Part shown: in pieces, positions 17,839 to 27,860 of the stretch | How the letters are laid out: each line of letters opens with the position of its first letter | Position numbering within the stretch: position 1 is the first letter of the stretch | DNA from: Terracidiphilus sp. | GTDB taxonomy: Bacteria; Acidobacteriota; Terriglobia; Terriglobales; Acidobacteriaceae | Reading direction: 5' to 3' | Assembly: GCA_049516495.1 (NCBI GenBank) | Contig: JBEKTB010000001.1 | Location: forward strand, 13,508 to 77,507 | Length of the DNA: 64,000 nt | Position numbers and translations under genes: made by a program | The notes under the pieces: generated by a model | Database searches by the model: none | Seen by the model: only the letters and a program-made list of their open reading frames with translations | Told to the model about the DNA's origin: nothing

Positions 17839-18513
17839 TTAAACAAAATCCCTCAGCTTGTCCCTCAGCGTTTGGTAGGCACGAAAAAGCAGCGACTTGG
17901 TCGCCGACTCGCTCAATTTCAGCACCTCTCCGATCTGCCTGTAGTCCATGCCCTGGTACTTGTGCATCAAAACCGCCATTCGCTGCCGCTCGGGCAGGGC
18001 CATTACGTGCGTCCGAATAGCCGCCATCCGCTCGTCGCGCAGCAGTCGCTGCTCCACGGAGGGCTCTGCGTCGGCTACATCCGGTGTCGTGCCGGTTTCC
18101 TCGTCCGGAGCGTCCAGATAAAGAGTCTGCGCCGCCCTCTCGTGTTTTGTGTCGCGCGCGTGGTTAACCGCCAGGTTGGTGGCGATCCGGTAAAGCCACG
18201 TGGTGAACTTGGCTTCTGCCCGATAGCTCTCCCTGGAGCGGTATACGCGCAGAAACACCTCCTGCGCAAGCTCTTCGGCAATCGCCTGGTTGCGCACCAT
18301 CCGGAAAAGAAAATGGATGATGGGCCGGTGATACCGCTCTGCCAGGTAGTTGAATGCCGATTCGTCGCCCGCGGCGACCCGCAGCATCACGGCTGCATCG
18401 CTGGCCGGGTCCAGACTGGCAGAATTCAGACCGGCTGCCGCTTCCGGCAGTTCTTCCGTCCGTGAAGCCGGGCCCGCGCCCAGGGCCGAGTTGTCCAGGA
18501 CCAGGGTTGCCAT
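17839..18513 (-). CDS. ECF-type RNA polymerase sigma-70 factor
   Basis: Region 2 (FNYLAERYHRPIIHFLFRMVRNQAIAEELAQEVFLRVY...FTTWLYRIATNLAVNH) and region 4 (LPERQRMAVLMHKYQGMDYRQIGEVLKLSESATKSLLFRAYQTLR). The start is set at ATG 18513. The open frame continues to 18831 (ATG 18648 is also possible). Confidence 0.8.
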   Translation of the reverse strand: MATLVLDNSALGAGPASRTEELPEAAAGLNSASLDPASDAAVMLRVAAGDESAFNYLAERYHRPIIHFLFRMVRNQAIAEELAQEVFLRVYRSRESYRAEAKFTTWLYRIATNLAVNHARDTKHERAAQTLYLDAPDEETGTTPDVADAEPSVEQRLLRDERMAAIRTHVMALPERQRMAVLMHKYQGMDYRQIGEVLKLSESATKSLLFRAYQTLRDKLRDFV

Positions 18514-18955
18514 ATCCTCTGGAACCCCGTCCGGGCTGGAAGGTTGCGCCGGATAAGAAGTTTCCGGGCCGGAATTCTCGTCTGTGGAAGGCTTGGAGTG
18601 CGCTCCGTGGCGGCCGTCGTCTGCCTTGGCCGCCAAGGGGGCAAACATCGCTCCCGCCAGGCCGGAATCGCCCGGGCCGGAACCGTTCAGGCCGGATTTT
18701 GCATGGGTCGGCCCGCCAGATCCAGACCCCGCCAGGATTGGGCCGCCCAATCCATGAATCGGGCGCAGCGCCGCTTCCCCATCCGGGGGGAAGTCGGCGG
18801 CATGGCGGATTGATCTGGTTCTCCAGCGCATCGTTCGTGGGCTCTGGGTCCGGGACTCCCCCGATTTGGCCGCAAGGTTGGCCGTAAAGCCCCGCTGGTG
18901 TTACTCTAACCTACGGGATGCCCCACTGGCGCGTCGTTCGCCAGTCCTTTCCAAG

Positions 18956-19030
18956 GGGCGCTTAACTCAGCGGTAGAGTGCCACCTTCACACGGTGGAAG
19001 TCGCAGGTTCGAATCCTGCAGCGCCCACCA
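18956..19030 (+). tRNA. tRNA-Val (anticodon CAC), CCA encoded
   Basis: Manual cloverleaf: acceptor GGGCGCU/AGCGCCC, D stem ACUC/GAGU, anticodon stem CCACC/GGUGG with loop UUCACAC, T stem GCAGG/CCUGC with UUCGAAU, discriminator A, CCA. Confidence 0.95.
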
Positions 19031-19319
19031 TAAATACCTAACTTTAAATAGCTTGGAACGGCGATCAACCCATCAGGATTGCACTGCGCAACAGACGCTC
19101 GGAAATGGGCCTGTCTGTGCTTCCACCGCGACGCCCTTGCATCAGCTCTGATTCAGTCAGGGATGCACATTCGCGCGTTTGCGGCGAAGACTTTCCGGGC
19201 GTGTGTCCTGAAGAACGGCCAATCCGGCAAGCCATTGAACCGGGAAAAGAGCACAGGGCGCAACTCATTGGGAACCAAGTGCCGCGCGCTGGCGTAGTTC
19301 GGTAAAAAGGACGGCCACG

Positions 19320-21737
19320 ATGAGGAATGACTTGAGAATTGCGCTGCGGCAATTGAGGAGGTCTCCCGGATTTGCAGTGACGGCGATTCTGACGCTGGCG
19401 CTGGGGATCGGGGCGAACGCGGTGGTGTTCAGCGTTCTGAACGCCGTGGTGCTGCGGCCGGTGAAGGTGCCGCATGCGCAGAACCTCGCCATGGTGCAGC
19501 GTTTCCGGTATCCATCGCAGTCCTATCCCGACTATGTGGATCTGCGCGACCGGAATCGGACGTTTCAAAGCCTGGTGATCTACGCCATCATGGGTCCCGT
19601 AGGGGTGGATAGCGGCGGGAATCCCTCAACTGCATGGCCGTACCTGGCGAGTGGAAATTATTTTGATGCGCTGGGCATTCAGCCCTACCTGGGGCGGTTT
19701 TATCACGCCGCCGATGAGCACGGGGCCAACAGCGCCCCCTACGTGGTGCTGAGTTACGCCTACTGGCACGGGCATTTTCATGGCGATGCAGGCGTGGTGG
19801 GACGGATTATCGAGATCAACAAGCACCAGCTCACGATCATTGGCGTGGCGCCGCCGGAGTTTCGGGGTACGGAACTGTTCTTTGCGCCGGCGATGTGGAT
19901 ACCGATGGTGGAGCAGCCCACCGTCGAGGGTTTTAACGAGCTCGAACAGCGCGGCAATCACTCCGCGTTCGTGGTGGGACGGCTCAAGCCGGGGGTGACG
20001 GCGCTGCAGGCGGAGGCGGACCTGAATGCGATTGGCGCCTCGCTGGCCAGGGCCTATCCGGGAGATGACGAGGGCGTAAAGTTCACGCTGGCTCGCCCCG
20101 GGCTGATCGGGGACATGCTGGGCGGCCCGGCGCGAGCGTTCATGGCGGGCTTGATGCTGCTGGCGGGGCTGATTTTGCTGGCGGCTTGCGCCAACCTGGG
20201 AAGCCTGTTTGCGGCGCGGGCGGCTGATCGCGCCAGGGAGACTGCGCTGCGGCTTGCGCTGGGGTCACGGCGCGGGATGATTCTGCGGCAGATGTTGACG
20301 GAGTCCGTGCTCGTTTCGCTGGCCGGAGGAGCGCTGGGGCTCGCCGGGGGCGTCGTAGTCCTGCATCTGCTGAGCGCGTGGCAGCCCATGCCGGACATCC
20401 CCATCAATGTGCCGGTGAATCCGGATGCGAATACCTATGCTGTGGCGCTGGTGCTGGCGCTGATCAGCGCCCTGCTCTTCGGGATGGTGCCGGTGAGGCA
20501 GGTGATGCGGGCCGATCCGTGGCAGGTGATTCGCACCGGCGCGGCAGGCGTTGGCGGGCTGCGTCGGTTCACGCTGCGGGATGTTCTGCTCGCGCTGCAG
20601 ATCGCAATTTGTGCGGTGCTGGTGACGTGTTCGCTGGTGGCGATACGCGGTCTCACACGATCGATGAGCAGCAGTTTCGGCTTTCAACCGCAGAACGTGA
20701 TGCTGGTGGAGACTGACGTGCACATGGCGGGCTATAACGACGATCGGATGCCGCAGATGCAGCGTCGCATGCTGGATGCGGCGGCAACAATTCCGGGAGT
20801 GACGGCTGCGGGCTATACGAGGCAGATTCCGCTGGGCATGGGCGGCGGGGATTCGTATGTTTACAGCGACAGCACCACCGACTACCGGCCAACCAATTTT
20901 GCAGCGGACGCCATGAACTACAACATATCGCCGGGCTACCTGGACGCTGCGGGCACGAGGCTGCTCGCGGGCAGGGACCTGACGATGCAGGACGATAGCA
21001 AGGCGCCAAAGGTGGCGCTGGTCAATCGTCACTTTGCGCAGAAGGTCTTCGGGTCAGTGGATAAAGCGGTTGGCGGGCATTTCAAGTTCAATGGCGGAGT
21101 GCGTGCCGAAGTGGTGGGCGTGGTGGAAGACGGAAAGTACCGGACCCTGACGGAGGATCAGCAACCCGCCATGTTCTTCTCGTTTCAGCAGCAGTTGGCG
21201 AGCAGTACCTGGCTCCTGGTGCGGTCGACGCGCAATCCGGCAGAGATTTCCAGGGAACTCGAACAGAAGCTGCACGGGCTGGACGCTGGGCTGCCGATAG
21301 AGGTGAGAACGTGGAACCAGGAAATGGGTTCGGCGTTGTTTGCCGCGCGCGTGGCCACAGTGGCTCTGGGCGTGCTGGGGTTACTGGGCGCAATGCTGGC
21401 GGTGACGGGCATCTTCGGCATGGCTTCGTATACCGTGAGCAAACGGCTGCGCGAGTTGGGAATTCGCGTGGCGCTGGGGGCGCGGCGGAAGCAGGTGCTG
21501 CAGACGGCGCTCGGTCGATCGCTCGTGCTGCTGTCGGTTGGTTCGGCGGCTGGATTGGCACTGGGCATTCTGGCGACAAAGGTGCTGTCATACATCGTGT
21601 ACCAGGCGGGGCCCAGGGATCCGCTGGTGCTGGGCGGGGTGGTGCTGACGATGCTGACCTTGGGATTGGTGGCTTCGTGGATTCCAGCACAAAGGGCGCT
21701 GGCGGTAGAACCCATGATCCTGCTGCGGGAGGAGTGA
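19320..21737 (+). CDS. ADOP-family duplicated FtsX/MacB-like permease (805 aa)
   Basis: The N-terminus MRNDLRIALRQLRRSPGFAVTAILTLALGIGANAVVFSVLNAVVLRP is the stereotyped ADOP start. There are two MacB_PCD/FtsX modules, and the protein ends ...IPAQRALAVEPMILLREE. Confidence 0.9.
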   Translation: MRNDLRIALRQLRRSPGFAVTAILTLALGIGANAVVFSVLNAVVLRPVKVPHAQNLAMVQRFRYPSQSYPDYVDLRDRNRTFQSLVIYAIMGPVGVDSGGNPSTAWPYLASGNYFDALGIQPYLGRFYHAADEHGANSAPYVVLSYAYWHGHFHGDAGVVGRIIEINKHQLTIIGVAPPEFRGTELFFAPAMWIPMVEQPTVEGFNELEQRGNHSAFVVGRLKPGVTALQAEADLNAIGASLARAYPGDDEGVKFTLARPGLIGDMLGGPARAFMAGLMLLAGLILLAACANLGSLFAARAADRARETALRLALGSRRGMILRQMLTESVLVSLAGGALGLAGGVVVLHLLSAWQPMPDIPINVPVNPDANTYAVALVLALISALLFGMVPVRQVMRADPWQVIRTGAAGVGGLRRFTLRDVLLALQIAICAVLVTCSLVAIRGLTRSMSSSFGFQPQNVMLVETDVHMAGYNDDRMPQMQRRMLDAAATIPGVTAAGYTRQIPLGMGGGDSYVYSDSTTDYRPTNFAADAMNYNISPGYLDAAGTRLLAGRDLTMQDDSKAPKVALVNRHFAQKVFGSVDKAVGGHFKFNGGVRAEVVGVVEDGKYRTLTEDQQPAMFFSFQQQLASSTWLLVRSTRNPAEISRELEQKLHGLDAGLPIEVRTWNQEMGSALFAARVATVALGVLGLLGAMLAVTGIFGMASYTVSKRLRELGIRVALGARRKQVLQTALGRSLVLLSVGSAAGLALGILATKVLSYIVYQAGPRDPLVLGGVVLTMLTLGLVASWIPAQRALAVEPMILLREE

Positions 21738-21818
21738 AGAGGCGGCGGATCAGGAGCAATTGTCCTTCGGCAGCAGTATCTCGCTATTGGGAATTCATCA
21801 TGGAACCTGGCCCCGCTC

Positions 21819-23678
21819 TCAGCGAGGGTCAGGTTCCAACTCGTCCAGAAAACGCCATGCGCTTTTGAAATCGGGCGTGAGCTCTTGATGGGTCAGAATC
21901 GCGCGCAAGATCTCGACAGGCATCATGTTCTCGTGCAGGATGGCATCGTGATATTGGCGATCGGTCATTTTTCCCGAGTCCACCAACTCATGATGCAGTG
22001 CGCGGAACTGCAGGGCGCCCAGCATATAGGCGCATTGATACAAAGGGTCGTAGCTGCCATTGAAGGAACGGCGCACTTCGGCGGTTGCGTTGTCGCGTTC
22101 GTGGCCCACCTCATCGACGAGGAGGTTAATGGCCTGCTCCGGCGTCATGAGCCCCAGGTGGAAGCTGAGCGAGAAGATGATGCGGGCGCAGCGATGCATG
22201 CGCCAGAAGAGCGCGCCAATGCGCTGCTCCGGCGTTCGGTCGAATCCGTGGTCCCAGAAGACCATCTCCCAATAGAAAGCGTTGCCCTCGATCCAGAAGC
22301 CGGTAGAGAAGAGCTGCCGGTATGGGCGGTAGCGGGCGGTCATGTACTCCTGCAGCCAGTGGCCGGGAATCAATTCATGGAAGACCGTTGCGTGGGAGAA
22401 GCTTGGGTTATTGCCGCGCATACTCATCATGCGCTGGTCGAAGGTCATGGTATCGGTGGGATAACTGACGATGATGGTGTCGCCGCCAAGGAAGAAGGGA
22501 TTCACGAGTTGGCGTTCCGGCGTCATCATTTCCATGCGCCAGGTTTCCTTGGCCAGGTCGGGCACGGTGACCAGGTTGTTCTTCTCGGCAAACTCCGCGC
22601 CCTCGATCGCCAGATCGTGGATGAGTTGCGGCTGCTTGCCCGGCTCCACGTAGGAACTCTTCACTTTTTCAAGAGCTTTGCGCCAATCGTCGCCATAGCC
22701 CATTTCGCGGCTGGCGCGCAACATCTCTTGCTTGCACCAGGCCATCTGTTGCCGGGCCAGGGCGATCAATTCCTCGGGCGAATAAGGAATCATTTCGGCA
22801 TTAAGCTGGGCCAACAGAGCCTCGCGGCCCACCGGAGTACCGATCACCGTCGTTTTATCGTCCGGGGCTATGCCGGCGACCTTTTCGCGCAGAAAGGCGG
22901 CGTACTCCTTCATCGTGCGGTCGGTTTGCTGATAGGGCTGGGCGGCCCACCAGGTGAAGCTGGGGTCGTATCCGTTATAAAACTCAAACCAGAGATGAAG
23001 CTGATCGCGCAGTTGGTCCAGATCGTCTGCGGCGCGCCATGCGGCAATGCGGCTGGGCCGCGCGGCCGCCTCATTCTTCATGCCGTCTTCCAGTTCCTTG
23101 CGCCGTGCGGTCAGTGCGGCGGTCATCGCGCTCAATTGGCCGGCAACCTTTTCTCCTATGGGCAATTCAAGGCGGCGCTTCGCGTCTTCGAGCGCGAAGA
23201 GCGCAGGCGCAACGGGCAGGAACGGCTCGACTGCCTTCCATTGCGCAGCCGCGAGGGCCAGATCGTGTTCCTCGCGGGTCAGGTGATTGGCCTGCAGCAG
23301 ATAGTCGGCCTTGCCTTCCTGATCAAGGGCCGCAAAATCAACCACGCTCAACTGCTGCCGCGAACTCGCAAGAAAGCTCCGCATGCGCTCACGCGTCGTG
23401 GGCGAGAGCGGGTCAGAGTAAAAGTGCGCCAGGGTGTCATGGTCGGCCGAGTAGTGTTCGATCAGTGTCTGCACGGGGTTTGGAACGTCCGGCCGAACGA
23501 CGGGTGTCGGATTCAGAGGTGCCGCCTGGACCAGCAGTGGGAATGCAGCGGCAGCCAGAACGAAACAACACAGATCGAGGGAGAAAGGCAGAGGCACCGA
23601 ACATCTCCTTTGGAACAAGAATGACAGGCGAGGTAACTTTTTTCCGGAACGAATCTTGATATACAAAATTGTACGCAA
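21819..23678 (-). CDS. DUF885 family protein (putative secreted metallopeptidase-like)
   Basis: HELIPGHWLQ (HExxxH variant) and the flanking DUF885 blocks (FWRMHRCARIIFSLSFHLG.MT..QA...L....G). The N-terminal hydrophobic leader ends ...PLLVQA. The start is not verified. Confidence 0.75.
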   Translation of the reverse strand: MRTILYIKIRSGKKLPRLSFLFQRRCSVPLPFSLDLCCFVLAAAAFPLLVQAAPLNPTPVVRPDVPNPVQTLIEHYSADHDTLAHFYSDPLSPTTRERMRSFLASSRQQLSVVDFAALDQEGKADYLLQANHLTREEHDLALAAAQWKAVEPFLPVAPALFALEDAKRRLELPIGEKVAGQLSAMTAALTARRKELEDGMKNEAAARPSRIAAWRAADDLDQLRDQLHLWFEFYNGYDPSFTWWAAQPYQQTDRTMKEYAAFLREKVAGIAPDDKTTVIGTPVGREALLAQLNAEMIPYSPEELIALARQQMAWCKQEMLRASREMGYGDDWRKALEKVKSSYVEPGKQPQLIHDLAIEGAEFAEKNNLVTVPDLAKETWRMEMMTPERQLVNPFFLGGDTIIVSYPTDTMTFDQRMMSMRGNNPSFSHATVFHELIPGHWLQEYMTARYRPYRQLFSTGFWIEGNAFYWEMVFWDHGFDRTPEQRIGALFWRMHRCARIIFSLSFHLGLMTPEQAINLLVDEVGHERDNATAEVRRSFNGSYDPLYQCAYMLGALQFRALHHELVDSGKMTDRQYHDAILHENMMPVEILRAILTHQELTPDFKSAWRFLDELEPDPR

Positions 23679-23751
23679 TAATTGAATTTATCCGCAGATT
23701 CCTTGGGTCCAGCACGAGTTTTTCCTGTGGGCTGCTTTTGCGGAGAATACG

Positions 23752-24003
23752 GTGCGAGGGATGAGCGAGGGCTTTTTCATCACGGTGAATGGCAAGCCGG
23801 TGCGGGTGACCACGACCACAAGTGTTGTGGCCGCGGTGATGATGTCCGGCGAGCCTTTTGGAGCTTCAGTGCATGGCGAGGCGCGCGGGCCACTCTGCGG
23901 CATGGGCATCTGCATGGAGTGCCGCGCGACCGTGAATGGCGTGCAGCACCGCCAGTGCTGCCGGCTCTTTTGTGAACCGGAGATGGAGGTTGTCACGGAA
24001 TGA
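23752..24003 (+). CDS. small (2Fe-2S)-binding subunit, HcnA/LhpE-like (putative D-hydroxyproline dehydrogenase gamma subunit)
   Basis: 83-aa protein FITVNGKPVRV...GPLCGMGICMECRATVNGV.HRQCC with the Cys cluster of HcnA/SoxA-N-type ferredoxin domains. Its TGA overlaps the ATG of the next gene (ATGA at 24000-24003). Confidence 0.65.
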   Translation: MRGMSEGFFITVNGKPVRVTTTTSVVAAVMMSGEPFGASVHGEARGPLCGMGICMECRATVNGVQHRQCCRLFCEPEMEVVTE

Positions 24004-25295
24004 GGGCGGCCTTCGATGTGGTGGTAGTGGGCGCCGGCCCCGGCGGGATTGCCGCCGCAACCGTTGCTGCGGAAGCGGGCAGACATGTTTGCCTTATCGA
24101 CAATAACGCTGCGCCGGGAGGGCAAATCTGGAGGGGATTCCGTACGGAGACGGCACGGGATCACCCGCACGGGAGCAGGTTTCTCGAGTGGACCGCACGG
24201 CTCAAAAGGACCAAATGCGAGGTATGGGTGGGCTGGCAGGCGATTGACCGGCCGGCGCCCGGTCTTTTGCGCCTGGAACGCGACGGCCAGGGACGCGACA
24301 TCGGATTTGACAGGTTGATTGTGGCCACCGGAGCGCGGGAGCGGTTTCTGCCTTTTCCAGGATGGACGCTGCCTGGCGTGATGGGCGCGGGCGGATTGCA
24401 AGCCCTGGTCAAGGGAGGTCTCGATCCGCGGGGCAAGCGCGTGGTGGTGGCTGGCAGCGGACCCTTGTTGCTGGCCGTCGCTGCGGCAATCGACAGCGCG
24501 GGCGCTACGATCGAGGGCATCTATGAGCAAGCTTTGCTGCCCCGGCTAGTGGGTTTTGCCGTCACTCTGCTTGGTCATCCCGGCAAACTGGTCGAGGGCG
24601 CCCGCTATCGGCTTAAGACTCTGAGCGCCCCCTACCGCACCGGTTCCTGGGTGGTGCGTGCAGAGGGAAAAGGGCTCGTGGAGCAAGTCACTGTGACCGA
24701 CGGGCGCAGGCAATGGGCCGTGGCCTGCGATTGGCTGGCTTGCGGATTTCACCTTGTGCCCAACCTGGAACTGCCTCGGCTGCTTGGGTGCCGAATCACG
24801 GGCGGCTACGTTCAGGTAGATGAGCGGCAACAAACTTCCGTCGAGGGAGTGGCGTGTGTGGGCGAACTGTCCGGCATCGGCGGCCTGGACAAGGCACTGC
24901 TGGAAGGGAAGATAGCCGGACTCGCGTCGGCTGGACGCGAGGCCGAAGCCCGCGATCTGGCGCCCCAACGGCAGCGGTTGCAGCAATTTGCCCGGCGTCT
25001 GGACCATGCCTTTGCGCTGCGTCCGGCGTTGCGAAGGCTGGCTGCGCCGGAGACACTGGTTTGCCGTTGCGAAGGCGTGACGCACGGCGCGCTGGAAGGC
25101 TACGCGTCCTGGCGGGAGGCCAAGCTTCATACCCGTTGCGGAATGGGTCCTTGCCAAGGGCGTGTATGCGGCAGTGCGACGGACTTCCTTTTCGGCTGGG
25201 AGGCCGCAGGCGCGCGGCCACCCATCTATCCTGCCCCGGTTTCCACGCTGTCGGCCGAGGCGGATGCTGGCGATCCTGCGCATCATCGCAGATGA
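24000..25295 (+). CDS. FAD/NAD(P)-binding oxidoreductase with BFD-like 2Fe-2S motif, HcnB/LhpF-like (putative D-hydroxyproline dehydrogenase alpha subunit)
   Basis: Dinucleotide fold DVVVVGAGPGGIAAA and a second one (VVVAGSGPLLLAVA). The C-terminal CRCEGVTHGAL...RCGMGPCQGRVCG is a BFD-like [2Fe-2S] motif. Confidence 0.7.
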   Translation: MRAAFDVVVVGAGPGGIAAATVAAEAGRHVCLIDNNAAPGGQIWRGFRTETARDHPHGSRFLEWTARLKRTKCEVWVGWQAIDRPAPGLLRLERDGQGRDIGFDRLIVATGARERFLPFPGWTLPGVMGAGGLQALVKGGLDPRGKRVVVAGSGPLLLAVAAAIDSAGATIEGIYEQALLPRLVGFAVTLLGHPGKLVEGARYRLKTLSAPYRTGSWVVRAEGKGLVEQVTVTDGRRQWAVACDWLACGFHLVPNLELPRLLGCRITGGYVQVDERQQTSVEGVACVGELSGIGGLDKALLEGKIAGLASAGREAEARDLAPQRQRLQQFARRLDHAFALRPALRRLAAPETLVCRCEGVTHGALEGYASWREAKLHTRCGMGPCQGRVCGSATDFLFGWEAAGARPPIYPAPVSTLSAEADAGDPAHHRR

Positions 25296-25420
25296 AAGCG
25301 TGAATTCAATATCGTATGCACCGATAAACACGATCGTTGTTAAAATTGGCCTGGCTCGTGAGTGTTTCATAGGAACCTATAAAGCGGGCCGGGGACACTT
25401 TTGTCGGGAAGTGAAGTCGT

Positions 25421-26158
25421 ATGGTTGCCTCCATAGCGAAAGAGAATCTGAAGAAGCGCTCCGCCAAGGCCGAGCACGGTACAAGTGTCGGTATCGCGTT
25501 CCAGCGGATTCGGGAACTGATTGTCCACGGCAAGATGGCGCCGGGAACACGAATCGTCGAAGGCGATCTGTGCGAGTACCTGAACATGAGCCGGACGCCG
25601 GTTCGCGGAGCGCTTTACCTGCTGCAGCGCGAAGGCTATGTGATCGAGCATCGCAACTCCAGCAAGGCGCGCATGATTGTCGCGCCCTTGACCAAAGAAG
25701 ATGCCAACGAATTGTATCCGATAATCGGCCGCATTGAGGGATTGGCGGGCCGGCGCGCAGCCACGCTGCCTAAGAGCGAGCGCGACGCATTGGCGTCCAG
25801 TCTGAAACTGGTCAATGCCAAGCTGCGCAAGATTGCGGACGAGCGCAGTTACAACGGCCCCGAGATATTCGACCTGGATCACGAGTTTCATCGCCTGGTG
25901 GTGGCGGCCGGATCGGGACCGCGGCTGAGCACGCTGCACCAGGCGGTCGAGCCGCAGACGGAGCGTTATTGGCGGCTCTATGCAAGCGCAATCATCAACG
26001 ACTTGCACGTCTCGGTAACAGAGCACGAGGAGATTATTGCCGCGCTGCTGGTTGGCGATCTTGACCGGCTGGAGCGCGCCCTCTGCGTCAATTGGGAGAA
26101 CGGCTGCAAACGCCTGGCCAAGGTCATCGACATTTTTGGTGAACGCGGCAGTTGGTAA
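25421..26158 (+). CDS. GntR family (FadR/FCD subfamily) transcriptional regulator
   Basis: Winged-HTH block (IRELIVHGKMAPGTRIVEGDLCEYLNMSRTPVRGALYLLQREGYV) plus a helical FCD-type C-domain (HEFHRLVVAAGSGPRL...TEHEEIIAAL). Confidence 0.85.
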   Translation: MVASIAKENLKKRSAKAEHGTSVGIAFQRIRELIVHGKMAPGTRIVEGDLCEYLNMSRTPVRGALYLLQREGYVIEHRNSSKARMIVAPLTKEDANELYPIIGRIEGLAGRRAATLPKSERDALASSLKLVNAKLRKIADERSYNGPEIFDLDHEFHRLVVAAGSGPRLSTLHQAVEPQTERYWRLYASAIINDLHVSVTEHEEIIAALLVGDLDRLERALCVNWENGCKRLAKVIDIFGERGSW

Positions 26159-26253
26159 GGCCTCACAAATGGAAGCAAAGGACTAAAAGCGGGCAGCTTC
26201 TCAGGAGGCTGCCCGCTGCTTTTTCGCGGCAAGACTTTCGCCAGTGCCCTCGT

Positions 26254-27846
26254 CTACTGGGGCAGCGGGTCGCGGCTGGAGATGCCATCGACCAGTCGTA
26301 GAATCCCCAGCGGGTTGGCCGCTTGCAGTTCGGCCGGCACAAGCGCGTCGGGAAAGTTCTGAAAGCAGACCGGCCGGACGAAGCGAAAGATGGAACGAGT
26401 GCCAACCGAAGTAAAACGGGAGTCGGAAGTGGCCGGGTAGGGTCCGCCATGGACCATGGCGTGGGAGACCTCAACCCCAGTGGGGAATCCATTGAAGAGC
26501 AGCCGGCCGGCCTTCTGTTCGAGGAGTGCAATCAGCGCACGGTTGGCGGCGAGGTCTTCGTCGCTGCCTAGCAGCGTTGCGGTCAGATGGCCATCGAGTG
26601 CTTCGGCGGCGCGCAGGAAATCCTCCGTGGAGGAGCAGCGGATCAGCAGGGTGTCGGGGCCGAAGATCTCCTCGGAGAGCGCTGGCTCGCTGAGGAATTC
26701 GTCCAGAGAAGTGGCAAAGAGACGCGCATGGGCGACGCAGGAAGGCGCGGCGTCGGAGTCGGGAGCCTGCGCGGCGACCGCGGCCTGCGCGGCGCGCACT
26801 TTGGTTGACCGGGCATAGTCGCGGGCGATGCCGGGGGTGAGCAGCGTAAAGGGCTGGGCCTGGTTGACGAGGTGGGAGAGATTTTGCTGGAAGAGGGCAG
26901 TCTCCGGTTGCTCGGGGACAAGGACAATGCCGGGCTTGGTGCAGAACTGGCCGGCGCCGAGCGTGAAGGAGTTGAAAAGGCTCTGGGCCAGTGTCTCCGT
27001 TCCGCCACGCAGCGCGCCGGGCAGAATGAAGACGGGATTGCCGCTGGACATCTCTGTGAAGCAAGGGATGGGCTGTGGGCGCGCGGCCGCCATGTCCATG
27101 AGGATCCGGCCCGCACCGAGAGAACCGGTGAAGGTGACGGCCCGAACAAGCCGATGCCGCACCAGCGCCGCGCCGGTCTCAACGCCGGATCCAAACAGCA
27201 GAGAGAAGACCCCTTCGGGTAGCCCTGCGTCGGCCACAGCCTGCTGGATCACCGTTGCCACCAGCTCGCTGGTTCCCGGGTGCGCTGAGTGCGCTTTGAC
27301 GATAACCGGGCAGCCTGCGGCCAGTGCCGAAGCTGTGTCTCCGCCCGCGGCGGAAAAGGCCAGCGGAAAATTGCTTGCGCCGAAGACAACAACCGGACCC
27401 AGAGGCCGCAGCATCGAGCGCAGGCTGGGGCGGGGCAGCGGTTTGCGCTCCGGCAGCGCGGTATCGAGGCGCGCCTCAACCCAGGACCCCTCCTCGACAA
27501 CGCCGGCAAAGAGGCGAAGCTGGCCTGTGGTGCGGCTGACCTCGCCCGTCAGGCGCGGCATCGGCAAAGCGGTTTCAAGATGGGCGCGCTCGGCCAACTG
27601 CTGTTGAATGCCGTCGAGGCCGTCGGCGATTCGGCGCAGGAACGCGCCTTTGATCTTGCCGCTGGTTGCGGAGTAGGCGGGAAACGCTTGTGCCGCAAGT
27701 TCGACCGCCCGGTCCACTTCGGCAGACGAGACCGAGGAATACACGGGTTCGAGCCGCTGGTCGGTGGCGGGGTTGAGAGCTTGAATCGGCGCGCCGCCGA
27801 GCGCGCCCCGCTGGCTGCCAATGAAAGACTGTCCGGTAAGAGGCAT
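26254..27846 (-). CDS. NAD(P)+ aldehyde dehydrogenase, alpha-ketoglutarate-semialdehyde dehydrogenase-like
   Basis: 530-aa ALDH with blocks FGASNFPLAFSAAGGDTASALAAGCPVIVKAHSAHPGTSE and GAGQFCTKPG (catalytic Cys). It has the N-terminal IGSQRG...ALNPATD pattern of KGSADH-type enzymes. The ATG at 27846 was verified. Confidence 0.8.
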   Translation of the reverse strand: MPLTGQSFIGSQRGALGGAPIQALNPATDQRLEPVYSSVSSAEVDRAVELAAQAFPAYSATSGKIKGAFLRRIADGLDGIQQQLAERAHLETALPMPRLTGEVSRTTGQLRLFAGVVEEGSWVEARLDTALPERKPLPRPSLRSMLRPLGPVVVFGASNFPLAFSAAGGDTASALAAGCPVIVKAHSAHPGTSELVATVIQQAVADAGLPEGVFSLLFGSGVETGAALVRHRLVRAVTFTGSLGAGRILMDMAAARPQPIPCFTEMSSGNPVFILPGALRGGTETLAQSLFNSFTLGAGQFCTKPGIVLVPEQPETALFQQNLSHLVNQAQPFTLLTPGIARDYARSTKVRAAQAAVAAQAPDSDAAPSCVAHARLFATSLDEFLSEPALSEEIFGPDTLLIRCSSTEDFLRAAEALDGHLTATLLGSDEDLAANRALIALLEQKAGRLLFNGFPTGVEVSHAMVHGGPYPATSDSRFTSVGTRSIFRFVRPVCFQNFPDALVPAELQAANPLGILRLVDGISSRDPLPQ

Positions 27847-27860
27847 GACGGAAACTCCAG

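Noticed and set aside
17203-18465. 420-aa plus-strand ORF
   Set aside because: It is antisense to the ECF sigma/anti-sigma genes and its composition is biased. The sigma and anti-sigma motifs on the minus strand are unambiguous.
18514-18831. Possible 106-aa Gly/Ser/Pro-rich N-terminal extension of the ECF sigma factor
   Set aside because: The frame stays open but the extension is low-complexity and has no known sigma region. It was kept only as an alternative start, not called as a domain.
18956-19030. tRNA-Val (and tRNA-Gly at 34390-34464) as genomic-island integration sites
   Set aside because: There is no integrase, no direct repeat of the tRNA 3' end, and no obvious mobile gene content downstream of either tRNA.
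21802-21837. 12-bp hairpin (GGAACCTGGCCC...GGGTCAGGTTCC) spanning the DUF885 stop codon
   Set aside because: The inverted repeat is real, but it lies partly inside the CDS and has no U-tract on either strand. It was not called as a terminator.
21885-23624. 579-aa plus-strand ORF
   Set aside because: It is antisense to the DUF885 gene, which carries the HExxxH-type block. There is no domain signal on the plus strand.
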